Source of the DNA: a virus
DNA length: 64,000 bases
IMG/VR virus record: IMGVR_UViG_3300030447_000318
Direction: 5' to 3' (one strand)
Every line of letters begins with the position of its first letter. Position 1 is the first letter of the stretch. Of this stretch, positions 9,392 through 20,317 are shown in pieces. The position numbers and the translations under genes were made by a program. A model generated the notes under the pieces. The model was not told where the DNA came from and ran no database searches. It saw nothing but the letters and a program-made list of their open reading frames with translations.

Positions 9392-10524
9392 GCCACTTTG
9401 TCCTCCTTATTCGTAAACTTTTTGTTAAATGCATCGATAGCCTTCTGATCTTCTGCCGTTACATCATCATTGAATCTTCGTCTAGCTTGTACAATTCTAT
9501 TGTTCCTTACTTCAATCGTTACCAAACTTTCTTCTGGTTTATTTTTCTTTCTCAAGAACAAAATATGACAATCGCCATTAATCACATCATCTATATATGA
9601 ACTGACACAATTTGACATTTGCACAGATTCATCTTTGATATCTTGTGTAGATTTTGGATAGATAAATACATAGTCGCCAAAAGAACACTCATACTGCTTA
9701 TTTATTCTCTTTCTAAATAACTCCTCTGAAAATTCTTTTTTCATTCTGCTATAATTTCTACAAGCAATTTTGTGTGTTGTAAGAAAATTTTTAGGATATT
9801 TATCATATTTAGGACTAAGCTCTCTCATTAAACTAGCATAATCGTATAGTTCACGAATTAAAAAATCCATATCTTCAATGGCTTCAAATGTTTTAATTCT
9901 ATCCAAATACAACCATAAGTCTTTTGCATTATATCCATATTCATTTACCAACTTGTTAAAAAATGAGTACCATTCTATTTCCCCATTATTATTATTCCAA
10001 CGAGAATCTTCTTTGCTCCAAATAACATAAATATCATTAAGGGTTAAGCTAAAATAATCAAGAGTATATGCTATATAATGCGCATCCTGATTTTCTTTAT
10101 AATATTTAACCATCTCATTTGATATTTTAATAGAATATTTTTTGCACAATTTAATTAGAGATTTCGGAATTTCATTTATAGAATATTGAAAATGACAACG
10201 ATCTGTAATGATATCCTCAAGTCCTGCCGAAAAGATCTGCTCAAAATGTGCGTATTTAGATACTCTATCAAGAATTGTTCCTATATTGTCTATTAAATAT
10301 GAATGGCTTTCTGCGTTCCTAATAAATCGTAGAAACTTCGCATATTGTTTATCATCACAACAATCGAATAATTGTTCTAAATAAAACCCTCTTAATTGAC
10401 TACACAAATTTTTTACTGGCTTGCCTTTTATTCCAATTGCAGTGTTTGTTGCAAAATCGTACTTTACAGTACGACCATCTTCATAGTCAAAGATGAGATA
10501 TTGTTTATCTTTATATACTCTCAT
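9388..10524 (-). CDS. hypothetical protein (378 aa)
   Basis: Long ORF that overlaps the next gene by 4 nt, suggesting translational coupling. Confidence 0.5.
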   Translation of the reverse strand: MRVYKDKQYLIFDYEDGRTVKYDFATNTAIGIKGKPVKNLCSQLRGFYLEQLFDCCDDKQYAKFLRFIRNAESHSYLIDNIGTILDRVSKYAHFEQIFSAGLEDIITDRCHFQYSINEIPKSLIKLCKKYSIKISNEMVKYYKENQDAHYIAYTLDYFSLTLNDIYVIWSKEDSRWNNNNGEIEWYSFFNKLVNEYGYNAKDLWLYLDRIKTFEAIEDMDFLIRELYDYASLMRELSPKYDKYPKNFLTTHKIACRNYSRMKKEFSEELFRKRINKQYECSFGDYVFIYPKSTQDIKDESVQMSNCVSSYIDDVINGDCHILFLRKKNKPEESLVTIEVRNNRIVQARRRFNDDVTAEDQKAIDAFNKKFTNKEDKVA

Positions 10525-10568
10525 TTATATCATCCTTATCCAAATTCACCATTTAAAACATTTCAGTC

Positions 10569-11130
10569 TTATAAAACTTCATCTACAATGCCATATTCAA
10601 CTGCTTTATCTGAATGAATATAAAAATCTTTCTTCTTTTCACGAATATCTTTTACTTTATCTCTTGTAAGTTTAGTTCTATCAATTACATATTCTTCATT
10701 CTTTTTATTTAACCAATCCATTTCTTCTCTGTCTTCTACTAAATCCTGATACTTTCCACTTCTCCAACAACTCATCTGATGATACATAAAAGTAGAGTGT
10801 TTATAACAGTATCTTTTGTGACCAGCTAAGAAAATCTTAAATGCTGCACTCATGGCATAACCAGTGCAATATGTATAGATTGGAGTTTTACTATTGAGGA
10901 TAATGTCAATTAATCCCCACATATCATAAACAGAACCACCATAAGAGTTGATATACAATTTAATTGGTTCACGCCTATAATCTTTCTCTTTTTTTATCCT
11001 TTTCATCATCAGATTTAATCAATCGTAAAATATTCCATGTTATACTTCCAACCGATTCATTATCTATGTCGTCAGATAAAAATAATATCCTCTCATCTGT
11101 GTTTGCATATATATTATCTTTTGAATTCAT
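10569..11130 (-). pseudogene. clpP: ClpP-family serine protease (S14), reading frame broken by +1 frameshift in an A7 run
   Basis: Downstream part (10569-11009) carries YINSYGG, the catalytic-Ser context GYAMSAAF, His MYHQM and a C-terminal YGIVDEV. An N-terminal ClpP-like segment (MNSKDNIYANTDERILFLSDDIDNESVGSITWNILRLIKSDDEKDKK) is encoded from ATG at about 11130 in another frame. The two frames meet at ggataaaaaaagagaaag, near 10990. Confidence 0.6.
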
Positions 11131-11145
11131 AAAACCTCCTAATTT

Positions 11146-11397
11146 TTATAAGCATTTATCAATTTCTTTACGCAACTGACATAATACCTCGTATGCTCTA
11201 TTGCCTATCTTAGATACACTATCTTTTGGGTTATTTCTGTATTTAGAATTATTTATTAAATCTTCAATACCATTTGTAAGTATCAGAATAATTTTCTCTT
11301 GATTTTTATATCTTATATCATCAATTTGTGGGGCTCCATATGGTTCGCTATATCCTACCAACATTTGTATAACTTCCAACAATGATTCATTCGCCAT
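11146..11397 (-). CDS. hypothetical protein
   Basis: 83-aa ORF. Confidence 0.4.
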   Translation of the reverse strand: MANESLLEVIQMLVGYSEPYGAPQIDDIRYKNQEKIILILTNGIEDLINNSKYRNNPKDSVSKIGNRAYEVLCQLRKEIDKCL

Positions 11398-11750
11398 TAA
11401 AATTCTCCTTCTGTATATGGCTTATCCCAACACTTTTTACAATCATTTTCGCACGAAACTTTCTTACTCAAATGGCTAACACAAAGAAAAGGGTGTCCTT
11501 TCCACATTGAAGCGTTCGGGAACATTTTTAGAAAATGCTCTTTTCTAGTTTCTACCTGATGTTCGTCGCTCCATTTCTGAACAATTTCTATCGCTTCATC
11601 GGGATATGTTCTTTCAAACACTTCACATGGCAAGTCGGTCTTGTTATTGTCATTACTAATCGGACAATCTTCACAAGCTATTTCGCAATTCTTAATCATT
11701 CTATTCTTTTCTTTAAAATAATTTTCTGTGTATCCGCAATCAACTTTCAT
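11397..11750 (-). CDS. Cys-rich hypothetical protein
   Basis: 117 aa with multiple Cys pairs (CEIACEDCP..., CENDCKKCWD). Confidence 0.45.
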   Translation of the reverse strand: MKVDCGYTENYFKEKNRMIKNCEIACEDCPISNDNNKTDLPCEVFERTYPDEAIEIVQKWSDEHQVETRKEHFLKMFPNASMWKGHPFLCVSHLSKKVSCENDCKKCWDKPYTEGEF

Positions 11751-11871
11751 TTTTCTATTCTCCTTTATTTAATATAATATTTTCTAAATGATTATGTGGG
11801 TAGGGATTTTCACCCTACATGATTCTGCTCACACTACTTACTTTCCTATACCAGATTAGCTAATTAATCAG

Positions 11872-12312
11872 CTAACACAGAATCCTACCCTGTGTGTCTA
11901 CATATTCCACCACCACATATTTTTTTAAAAATACTGCTTCAAATCCAATACAAATGTATTTTTGTAATGCTTTTTTATCGTTATTACTGAATAACTGTCT
12001 CTCATCGACCAAAATAAGAGAACCATGTTTTACTCTTTCTTCCAACTGTATTGGAGTTATAACTATAGGTTGAAACTTTCTATAACACTCGCAAGCCCAT
12101 TTAGCTGACATAATGTTTGATTCAATAAGAGGAATTTTGTATTTTCCACTAATCTTCATTAGATTATATGCTTTTCCAATTCCCCTACTGTTAAAATGAT
12201 ATAGCCTTTTTATATGTGTTTGCTTCTTCTTTACATAATACTTCAGCTCATGATATAATGCTTTTGATCTTAATAAATATGACCATGATTCTAATCGTTC
12301 ATAAAATTTCAT
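11872..12312 (-). CDS. hypothetical protein
   Basis: 146-aa ORF. Its 3' end is embedded in a long imperfect inverted repeat. Confidence 0.45.
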   Translation of the reverse strand: MKFYERLESWSYLLRSKALYHELKYYVKKKQTHIKRLYHFNSRGIGKAYNLMKISGKYKIPLIESNIMSAKWACECYRKFQPIVITPIQLEERVKHGSLILVDERQLFSNNDKKALQKYICIGFEAVFLKKYVVVEYVDTQGRILC

Positions 12313-12480
12313 ATATATGGCATCATCTCCTTTTCTGTATACTATATATAGTAGTTATGTATTTATCTAACCACTACATATTGTGATATAAACCGCATGA
12401 AATCCGTCTTTCATTGGTTTTTTGAGTCTCTGAAACGCCCTATTTATGGGCATTCCAAAAATCCTCTACTGTATTATTCT

Positions 12481-13236
12481 CTACAATTGAGCTAATAAAC
12501 TCTTAATTGGTTCTCTATTCATGTTTTCTTTAGCCCATGAGATATAATCAGGATCAATTTCTTTGATTTGTGGAAGTGTCTTTCCTGAATATTTTCCAAA
12601 TGTAATTACATAAGAATCAAGGTCTGGCAAATCTTCCTTTGGAATATCAACACCACCTAATGCAGAAACTACATCATCAGAATATGTCATATCAAGATTT
12701 GACCTACTTGCTAAATAATCGCACATATGTACAAAGAACTGCTCGTCATTTTCAGGCTTTGGCAATACTGTCTTACTTCTTTTTGTAGAAGTCCATTCAC
12801 CCGAATGACTCTCACATAATCTTGCAATATATACTTTTGTATCATCGTCTACATCATGCTCAACAGATGTATTTCTCACCCACTTACCTGCAAGTATTGG
12901 ATGTTCGTGTACCGTATATTGAGAACCATTTAGCCCACATTTAATTGCATCATGAAAAATTGGTGTGCAGCGCAAACAATCTCGCTGTCGCTCATTGGTC
13001 TTTTCTTTTACATACTCTAATCCAAGAACATAATTCATTACTTCTGCAAACATTAAAACGTGAAAAATCTGACCATGTGGCTGACACTGTGTTTTATTAT
13101 GATACTTAAAAGATGTACTACTTGGAATTGTGAAGATATAATCTGGAATTTCCTTAATCATATCAGCACAATAATCTCTAATCTCATCTGTCTCAAACTT
13201 GTTTAATAGTCCTTCAAAAACTTTTACTTTGTCCAT
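12481..13236 (-). CDS. HD-domain phosphohydrolase with C-terminal KYxGKT (ExoX-C-like) tail
   Basis: H...HD pattern (FHVLMF...IFHDAIKCG) and C-terminal ITFGKYSGKTLPQIKEIDPDYISWA motif. Confidence 0.45.
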   Translation of the reverse strand: MDKVKVFEGLLNKFETDEIRDYCADMIKEIPDYIFTIPSSTSFKYHNKTQCQPHGQIFHVLMFAEVMNYVLGLEYVKEKTNERQRDCLRCTPIFHDAIKCGLNGSQYTVHEHPILAGKWVRNTSVEHDVDDDTKVYIARLCESHSGEWTSTKRSKTVLPKPENDEQFFVHMCDYLASRSNLDMTYSDDVVSALGGVDIPKEDLPDLDSYVITFGKYSGKTLPQIKEIDPDYISWAKENMNREPIKSLLAQL

Positions 13237-13315
13237 ATTTTCTCCTTTACTTTAATATCTTTGAATCTAAACAATTTTTACATAATTCGTATATCATCCT
13301 ACCCATATATTCTCT

Positions 13316-13864
13316 CTATCGAAGATAATTCTTTAAGAAATATTCAAAATATTCTCTGATAAACAGTCCTGAATATTGATTATTTGGCATAAACATAACT
13401 GGAATATTATATTTAAACCAAAAGCTGTGTATTGATGCAATAAATGATTTTCGATTGTACTTCGTATCATAGTTCCCTATTGCTATATCTTCATAAGAAG
13501 CGTTTTCGATTAGCAATACTTTGGTCTTTGGTGCAAGACATAATTCTTTTTCAAATCTATCACGCTCTTTTGTCAGATTACCACTTATCTCTTCAAGACT
13601 TGCTTTTCTCTCAATGACACATGAATTTGTAAAATACAAATCACGAAGTATTCCAAGCTTTTCATTAGCTGGTATCATGAATGAATAATCACCATAGCTT
13701 AAAGCTTTCTTTTTATATTTAATTTCTTTTCTATCAAAATAATCTGTGATGTGGGAATTGACTTTTTCTCTTGTGTCAACAAGGATTACAATGGAAGATA
13801 TTAACTCTTCCATTTCCTTATCTGTGTACTTATATTTGTTAAATATCGTCTTCGTCCTCCTCAA
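13316..13864 (-). CDS. ERCC4/Mus81-type nuclease-like protein
   Basis: The motifs VDTREK...GDY...ERK lie in the order and spacing typical of ERCC4-domain nucleases. Confidence 0.45.
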   Translation of the reverse strand: MRRTKTIFNKYKYTDKEMEELISSIVILVDTREKVNSHITDYFDRKEIKYKKKALSYGDYSFMIPANEKLGILRDLYFTNSCVIERKASLEEISGNLTKERDRFEKELCLAPKTKVLLIENASYEDIAIGNYDTKYNRKSFIASIHSFWFKYNIPVMFMPNNQYSGLFIREYFEYFLKNYLR

Positions 13865-16800
13865 TATCGTTTTTTATTACAAATTTACTCAACCAAAATT
13901 CAAATTTATCGGGTACTTCTTTATAAATTTTCTTACCTGTAACTGGATTTATTTCACCAGTTGGCTCTTTTTTATTCTTCTTTTCAAGGGAAATAATATA
14001 TAAGATTAAACCTTTATTGAACGGGTTACGATTGTATGCACTTGTCCACATTTTGACTGTTCGTGTCTTACCACTATAAATCTCAAATAGAGTAATTGTT
14101 GTAAGATATTTCGTAGAATTAATGTCTGATACATAATATAGTCGTTTGTTAGCTGTTGGCTGAGTATAAGACACATATCCATATAATTCTTGCTGATAAT
14201 TAAAAATATCTAAAATAGAAGTCTCTTTATAATCCACATTCTTTACAATATCTTTTAACAACGATATTGAATCAAAATCCTTCCAGATTTTTTCTGTTTG
14301 TTTTTTACAGTGAGATTTAACAATATCTTTAGGTAATCCCAATTCTTCAAGTTTATCTATCTTGAATTGTTTTTTACCATACACCTTATCAAAATAATCT
14401 GTTTGAGCAAGTAGAGTATTTATTTCACCAAACTCAGAAAAGAAATTCAATTTAATCAATATCTCTAATTGTTTGGAATTAACAGAAGTATTTTTTATAT
14501 CAATAAGCAAATCTATAAAATCGTTGTACTTCTTATCTTTCAAAGTGTACAAATCATCTCCAACATTATCGCCGATATACTTAATAGACGACATTCCTTT
14601 GTATATGGTATTATTCTCTTTATTGTAAGAATATTTTGATGTTGAGTATCTAAATTTAATATCGCTCAATTTGATATTGAAATAATCCAGTTCCTTTTTA
14701 AGCTTATTTGTTCTTACTTGATCATCTGCGTAATTATTGAAACATACACTGTAATATTCAAGTGGATAATTAACCTTTAAATATGCACCATAACACATAT
14801 CAAGAGATGTGGCTGCCGCATGAGCACTACAGAATCCATAACTCATACAGCTCTGAATCATTTTCCAAGTTGTATCAAACCCACCCTCTGAACCAGTATT
14901 GATTATCCATTGTTTTCTGATTCTTTCTTCGAGATTAGCAAAGTCTTCTGGTTTTATTTTCTTTTTAGATATCTTTTTGATTAATCCAATAGACTCAGCA
15001 GGTGTTACACCAAGCCAATCAAAATATTGCATTAAAGACTCTTGGAATAATATATATCCATGTGTATCACTTAAAACTTCGTCCAATTGTTCTGAACCAG
15101 TTGTATAATCTTCTCGATTTAAAAATTGCTCTCTCCATGAGTCAAACGATGGTCTGATAGCTGCCGTTAAGTGAGCACCATCTTCAAATGAGGACACTTT
15201 ATATCTTTTTGCTTGTTGCGATCCATTGTCGCTATCCACCTGATTAAGAGTACAGGTTATTCCATTCTTAAATAAATCCCATATTCTCTTATCATCTTTG
15301 ATAGATTTTAACAACTCATTCGCTGTAATAATCGGTTTTCCAATCTCTTTAAACGTTTCATCAATTAATTTCCAAACCTTGACGATTAGATAGTCGTTTT
15401 TAAGCACTTTGTATTCATCAGCTTCAGATGATGTTATTAATACACAAAGATTTTCTCCTAACCTAGTTACACCATATTCGTATAATAAATTCTTATCGCT
15501 TAGAATGTGGGCGCAGGGATGTACTGAACCAGATACGATTGTTCCTACATATTTATTCGCTTCTTCTATGATTGGTTTCCATTTTTCATCATTTTCATAA
15601 GCTTCAAGATTTTTTGCTACATCATTAAATTCATCAAAATCCATACCTTTTGAACGACATACATTTCTAAATGCCTCTGAAATCTGCATAGTTCCAGGTG
15701 CATACATTGGATAACAACCATGCTCTCCCAATAATTCTCTTGAAGCTTTAACGAATGGCTCTTGACTTTTAACATTAAAATCAATATCTGGGAGGGAACG
15801 ATTTTCTAATAATCGAGCAGTGGAAGCAAATCTATCAGGGAAAAGTGGAAGATTAATTTTAAATCTATCAAGCTGAGTCATTCCCAATATTCTATTTATA
15901 TAAAAAGAACCACAGCTACCTCTTCCACCTCTTGTAAGTACTCCACCATATTTATTTACTGCTAAATCAACATTTTTCTCATTAAATAGGAAATAATCTG
16001 CCGTATGAACTTTATCATTTGTATCCTCTATGATTTTCATTTCATATCGAATACCATCTCGGTATCTTTTAAAATCATCATCAGATATATTTTCTTGTTC
16101 TCTAATGACTTTAAATCGCTTGTTGATTTCTTTTTTGAGGAGTTTTACACGCTGATTTGGCGTAAGATTTGGATAGATGGTTGGCATCTTGATAGAATAG
16201 TCAAGTTTGATTTCTTCACAATTATCAAATATCAGAGTATTATTAATCGCATCATCAATTTGTTTATCTGACAAAACATTTTGTTTTTTGAATCTCTCTA
16301 TCATTGTCTCAGCAGTTGGATAATCTAAAATAAAATCATCCTCACTACCATAATTAATATGTTTACCTTTTAATAATTCAAGACGTTCTTGTTTGCCTTC
16401 TTCGTTAATATAATGGGAATCATTGGCGGCAATCAATGATAACCCGTATTCATCCGAAAAATAAATAGCTTTTTTGTTTATCTCTATCTGAATGGGATCA
16501 AGATGAGTTTGGACTTCAAGCATTACATTATTGCCAAAATGTTTAAATAATGGCTTAAATATTTTTTCAATTGAATCCTCATCTCTCAAAAGACCTGCTA
16601 CGCAGGCAGTTGTAATATACACATCATCCCTATCCAAAGCAAGTAAATCCTTCATAAAAAATCTTGGTTTATAATAAAATCCATTGATATTCGCCATACT
16701 TGAAACATAATTCATCTTTTTTCTTGCTTCATCAGTTTTTGGAATTACAATAATATGGTAATTCCTTTTATCTTTCTCAGAAGCGTCTGGTACAATATAT

Positions 16801-17010
16801 CCTTCAATTCCTGCTATACACTTAATACCGTACTTATTACAAAGAGTCTTTGCCTCAAATATATCGCCAAACGAGCCGTGGTTTGTCGTATAATAACTTG
16901 TATGACCATATTCAAGTGCTTTCAAAATATATTCTTCTTGCTTGGTGTTTGTATCTGGCGAAAAAATATTAGAGACATGATCATGTTTATGATAATTGTT
17001 ATATCGCATA
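13839..17010 (-). CDS. dnaE: DNA polymerase III alpha-type (DnaE-like) replicative polymerase with N-terminal PHP domain
   Basis: N-terminal PHP motif (YHKHDHVSNIFSPDTN...HTSYYTTNHGSF). Pol III alpha palm motif GRGSCGSFYINRILGMT. Size about 1050 aa. Probable start is MRYNNYH (RBS aggagaatcaat), not the longest-ORF start. Acidic C-terminus EEDEDDI. Confidence 0.8.
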
Positions 17011-17673
17011 TTGATTCTCCTCTGATATAAATCCAAACTTCCATCCCTTGTGTGTCTTTTTTGAATGATTAGCAACTTGTCTTACGCAATTACCAAGTAA
17101 ATCATGTTTTTTAGCAAATTGATTAGCATTGTCAAAATTATAGATATTTCCATCTGGATCAATTCCATAATACGTTCCTTTATCAGCTTTTCTATGTTGA
17201 CAAGTTTTATTGGCTTTTGCTGTGTTTTCACTTTTAGTTATCCATTGGCAATTACTAGGTTCATAATTGCCATTCTCATCAATTCTATCTATAGTTAAAC
17301 CATCTTTATATTCATTATTAATTGCCCATAGATAAAAATTTTCATATCCATTTTCCCCAAGCCATTCTTCGCATAATACAACTCCTTTGCCACCGTAATT
17401 ATGGAATTCATGCATATTAGGGTTATAACATCTATATTTCATATTGGCATATACAGAATATAATTTTTCATTTTTATTTTCATATTTTCTTAATTGACAA
17501 ATACAAGATGTATGTTTTCCATGATGTATTTCATAGGCTTTACATGTTTTAATATTTCCACATATAATACATTCTGTCGTTGCCATTTCTACACCATCTT
17601 CATTTTTAAATACTTTAAGGAGTTTTCTGATTCCATATATTTTACCAATCTCATAAGTATATTTTTTATTCAT
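16999..17673 (-). CDS. HNH homing endonuclease
   Basis: Cys cluster CIICGN...HHGKHTSCIC plus the HNH_3-like GLTIDRIDENGNYEPSNCQWITKSEN. Inserted between the polymerase and exonuclease genes and overlaps the polymerase start. Confidence 0.6.
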   Translation of the reverse strand: MNKKYTYEIGKIYGIRKLLKVFKNEDGVEMATTECIICGNIKTCKAYEIHHGKHTSCICQLRKYENKNEKLYSVYANMKYRCYNPNMHEFHNYGGKGVVLCEEWLGENGYENFYLWAINNEYKDGLTIDRIDENGNYEPSNCQWITKSENTAKANKTCQHRKADKGTYYGIDPDGNIYNFDNANQFAKKHDLLGNCVRQVANHSKKTHKGWKFGFISEENQYAI

Positions 17674-17676
17674 ATA

Positions 17677-19293
17677 TCAATCCACCTCCTCAATCTCATC
17701 ACATATAACCTTTAGCGAAAACTTCTTACCAAGCCAGCCACTATTTAGCGTTCCAACAACCTGTAACTCATCATTCATTAAACTATGTTCATCCATCTCA
17801 TCAAACGAGCCATTAAAATTCCACTTGATAATTTGTAGATAATCATTTGGTTTTATTACAAGATGTTTATAGTCACTCATTTGACTGATTTCATATTCAT
17901 CAATACCATCAATAAATACTTTTACAGGCTTAAAATTTGTACCAGATATTTTATCTATCTTCTTTATATTCTCCACAAGCTTGCGAGTAACATCCGAAAT
18001 ATTAATCTGGATATCTACATCTATAGAGGTGTCAGATTCCAATTCTGGAAGAATTTCTTCTATATATAATACAAACTTATCAATGTCAGATTTTTTTATA
18101 GTAATACCACTTGCTAATTCATGCCCATCTGCTTTTGCAAAACCACTGTCGTTACAAATCTGGCGAAAATCATCTACCCCAATTGCTCGCATTGAACCAG
18201 AAAATGTATCCTTAGTGTCTTTTAGAACAAGAATAGGTTTTTGATACCTTTCCAATAACTTATTTCCAAGTAATCCACTAACCCCATAAGGTGTATCTAT
18301 ATATGTAATAATCATCTTCTTATCTGACTGAGCATTACATTGTTGTAATATATCTGGTAATAGTCTATCTACTTCCTTGTTTTGATCTTCCTTACATTTC
18401 TTTAGTTCTTTTACATAGGCTAAAACTTGTTTATTTTCATCTTCTAAAAATGCTTTCATAGCAATTTCATTTTTACCCATGCGATTACTTGCATTGACAA
18501 TTGGTGCAATGCTGAATGAAATAGCGGTACTATTAAACTCAAAGCCACCAACAATTTTCTTAACTGCTGGATTATATATCTTCTCTAATCCCTTAGATAC
18601 AATATATCTATTCTCCATAACAGTCATATCCATCATATCTCCAACAAGACCACATGCGGCTAAATCAACAAGTTCATCTGCATAATCTGTAAGATATTGT
18701 TCATCAAGATATTTACAAAACTTCCACACAACACCTGCACCTGATAGTTGAGTATTTTCATAATTCCTCTGGGAAGATACAAGAATTACATAATCATCAT
18801 ATGATTCTTTCTCTTTAATTGCATGATGATCGAGTACAATTACATCTACTCCCATTTCTTTTAATAACTTATATTGAGATATATCTTTATCCAAACTATC
18901 TACAATAATAAGTAAATCAATGTCTTCAAACTGAGATAAATTTTGCCCAATCAAACCATGCATTTTACCCTCGTCAATATAAGTTTTAATGTTATCAGTA
19001 GAATGTCTGAAATACCTAGTCATTATTGTTCCTGATGTAATTCCATCTAAATCTGTATCAAATAAAATTCCAATACACTCATTATTTACAATCGCTCTAT
19101 CTACTCTTTGATATGCTTCGTCAATACGAAGTAATGAATCTAGGGGAAGCAAATCATCTTCTGTAGGAGTCAAAAAATGTTCAACGTCATTAATTCCTCT
19201 TTGACTTAAAATCGTATCAAATACTTCATCCTCATACATCCCACGACAATCATTTAGTATTCTATAATTCGTCTTCGTCATCTTCATCTCCAA
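17677..19293 (-). CDS. RecJ-like DHH-family single-strand exonuclease
   Basis: DHH-family motifs DTDLDGITSG, VIVLDHH and GLVGDMMDM. Size 538 aa. Confidence 0.65.
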   Translation of the reverse strand: MEMKMTKTNYRILNDCRGMYEDEVFDTILSQRGINDVEHFLTPTEDDLLPLDSLLRIDEAYQRVDRAIVNNECIGILFDTDLDGITSGTIMTRYFRHSTDNIKTYIDEGKMHGLIGQNLSQFEDIDLLIIVDSLDKDISQYKLLKEMGVDVIVLDHHAIKEKESYDDYVILVSSQRNYENTQLSGAGVVWKFCKYLDEQYLTDYADELVDLAACGLVGDMMDMTVMENRYIVSKGLEKIYNPAVKKIVGGFEFNSTAISFSIAPIVNASNRMGKNEIAMKAFLEDENKQVLAYVKELKKCKEDQNKEVDRLLPDILQQCNAQSDKKMIITYIDTPYGVSGLLGNKLLERYQKPILVLKDTKDTFSGSMRAIGVDDFRQICNDSGFAKADGHELASGITIKKSDIDKFVLYIEEILPELESDTSIDVDIQINISDVTRKLVENIKKIDKISGTNFKPVKVFIDGIDEYEISQMSDYKHLVIKPNDYLQIIKWNFNGSFDEMDEHSLMNDELQVVGTLNSGWLGKKFSLKVICDEIEEVD

Positions 19294-20290
19294 TCATTGT
19301 TATTTCATTCATTAATATATTCTCTAAACATTCTTTCCCTAAATCAGACGGCGAAACTTTATCTTTATATCCTCGACCAAAATAACTCCAATAGCCAAGT
19401 TCTATCTCTGTAAACCTAGAATAATTCTTTACCATACCAATATTTCTCATAATATTTTCTAAGCCATATCCGACATCATGTAAGAAAATTATCTTTTTGG
19501 GATTTAATTCGAGTAACATTTTAACCTGTTGAATAGAAATAGATCCACTTCCAAGAGATACACAATTTCTTATTCCGTATGAATAACATTGCATACAACT
19601 CTTTTCAGCTTCAAAGATATAGATTGTATTATCTACTAAGAATTCATAATTTTGAGAATAACCAAATAATGTTTGACTCATACTGCAAGGTACAGCATAA
19701 AAATATTTCATCTCACCATCAGCAACATCATAATTAAATCGTTCTTTTACACCCATAAGCTGTCCAAACTGATTTCTTATAGGGATAACAATGCCTTGTG
19801 ATTTTACATCATATCTTATGCCAAAAAATTTTTGTGAAAGAAGTGATATATTATCAGCAAGAAACTTTGTATTCCCACAATGAACATAGCAATTTAAGAT
19901 GGAATCATCATATGTATTGACTTTATTCGTTCTTCGTTTTCTAATCTTCTCATAAAATCCTCCAAAAATTCCTCTATTATCAAAGAAATCATAGTAATCT
20001 GTAATACCTAGTACGTGTTTTACTTCATTAAGTACGTCTATAAATTCAACTTTTCTTTGGTCAATAATATACGAAAAAATATCTTTTCTTATATTTCTCG
20101 CATAATCTATAATGTACAGATATTCATTATTTTCAAGATTAATTACTATACTTTTCTTTGAAGATTTCTCATCTCGCCCAAATGAAATATATTTGGGACG
20201 AATTACTATGTTACAATAGCCAAAATGTTCAAGAACATCTTTTAGCTTATCTGGGTGATTTATCAGTTCTTTTTTAATATCAGCTAACAT
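19262..20290 (-). CDS. putative DNA primase (Toprim-domain protein)
   Basis: Toprim-like acidic motifs (IYIFEAEKS ... IIFLHDVGYG). Sits between the helicase and exonuclease genes. Acidic C-terminal tail GDEDDEDEL. Confidence 0.45.
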   Translation of the reverse strand: MLADIKKELINHPDKLKDVLEHFGYCNIVIRPKYISFGRDEKSSKKSIVINLENNEYLYIIDYARNIRKDIFSYIIDQRKVEFIDVLNEVKHVLGITDYYDFFDNRGIFGGFYEKIRKRRTNKVNTYDDSILNCYVHCGNTKFLADNISLLSQKFFGIRYDVKSQGIVIPIRNQFGQLMGVKERFNYDVADGEMKYFYAVPCSMSQTLFGYSQNYEFLVDNTIYIFEAEKSCMQCYSYGIRNCVSLGSGSISIQQVKMLLELNPKKIIFLHDVGYGLENIMRNIGMVKNYSRFTEIELGYWSYFGRGYKDKVSPSDLGKECLENILMNEITMIGDEDDEDEL

Positions 20291-20317
20291 ATATCACTCC
20301 ATCCATAATTTGTTATT

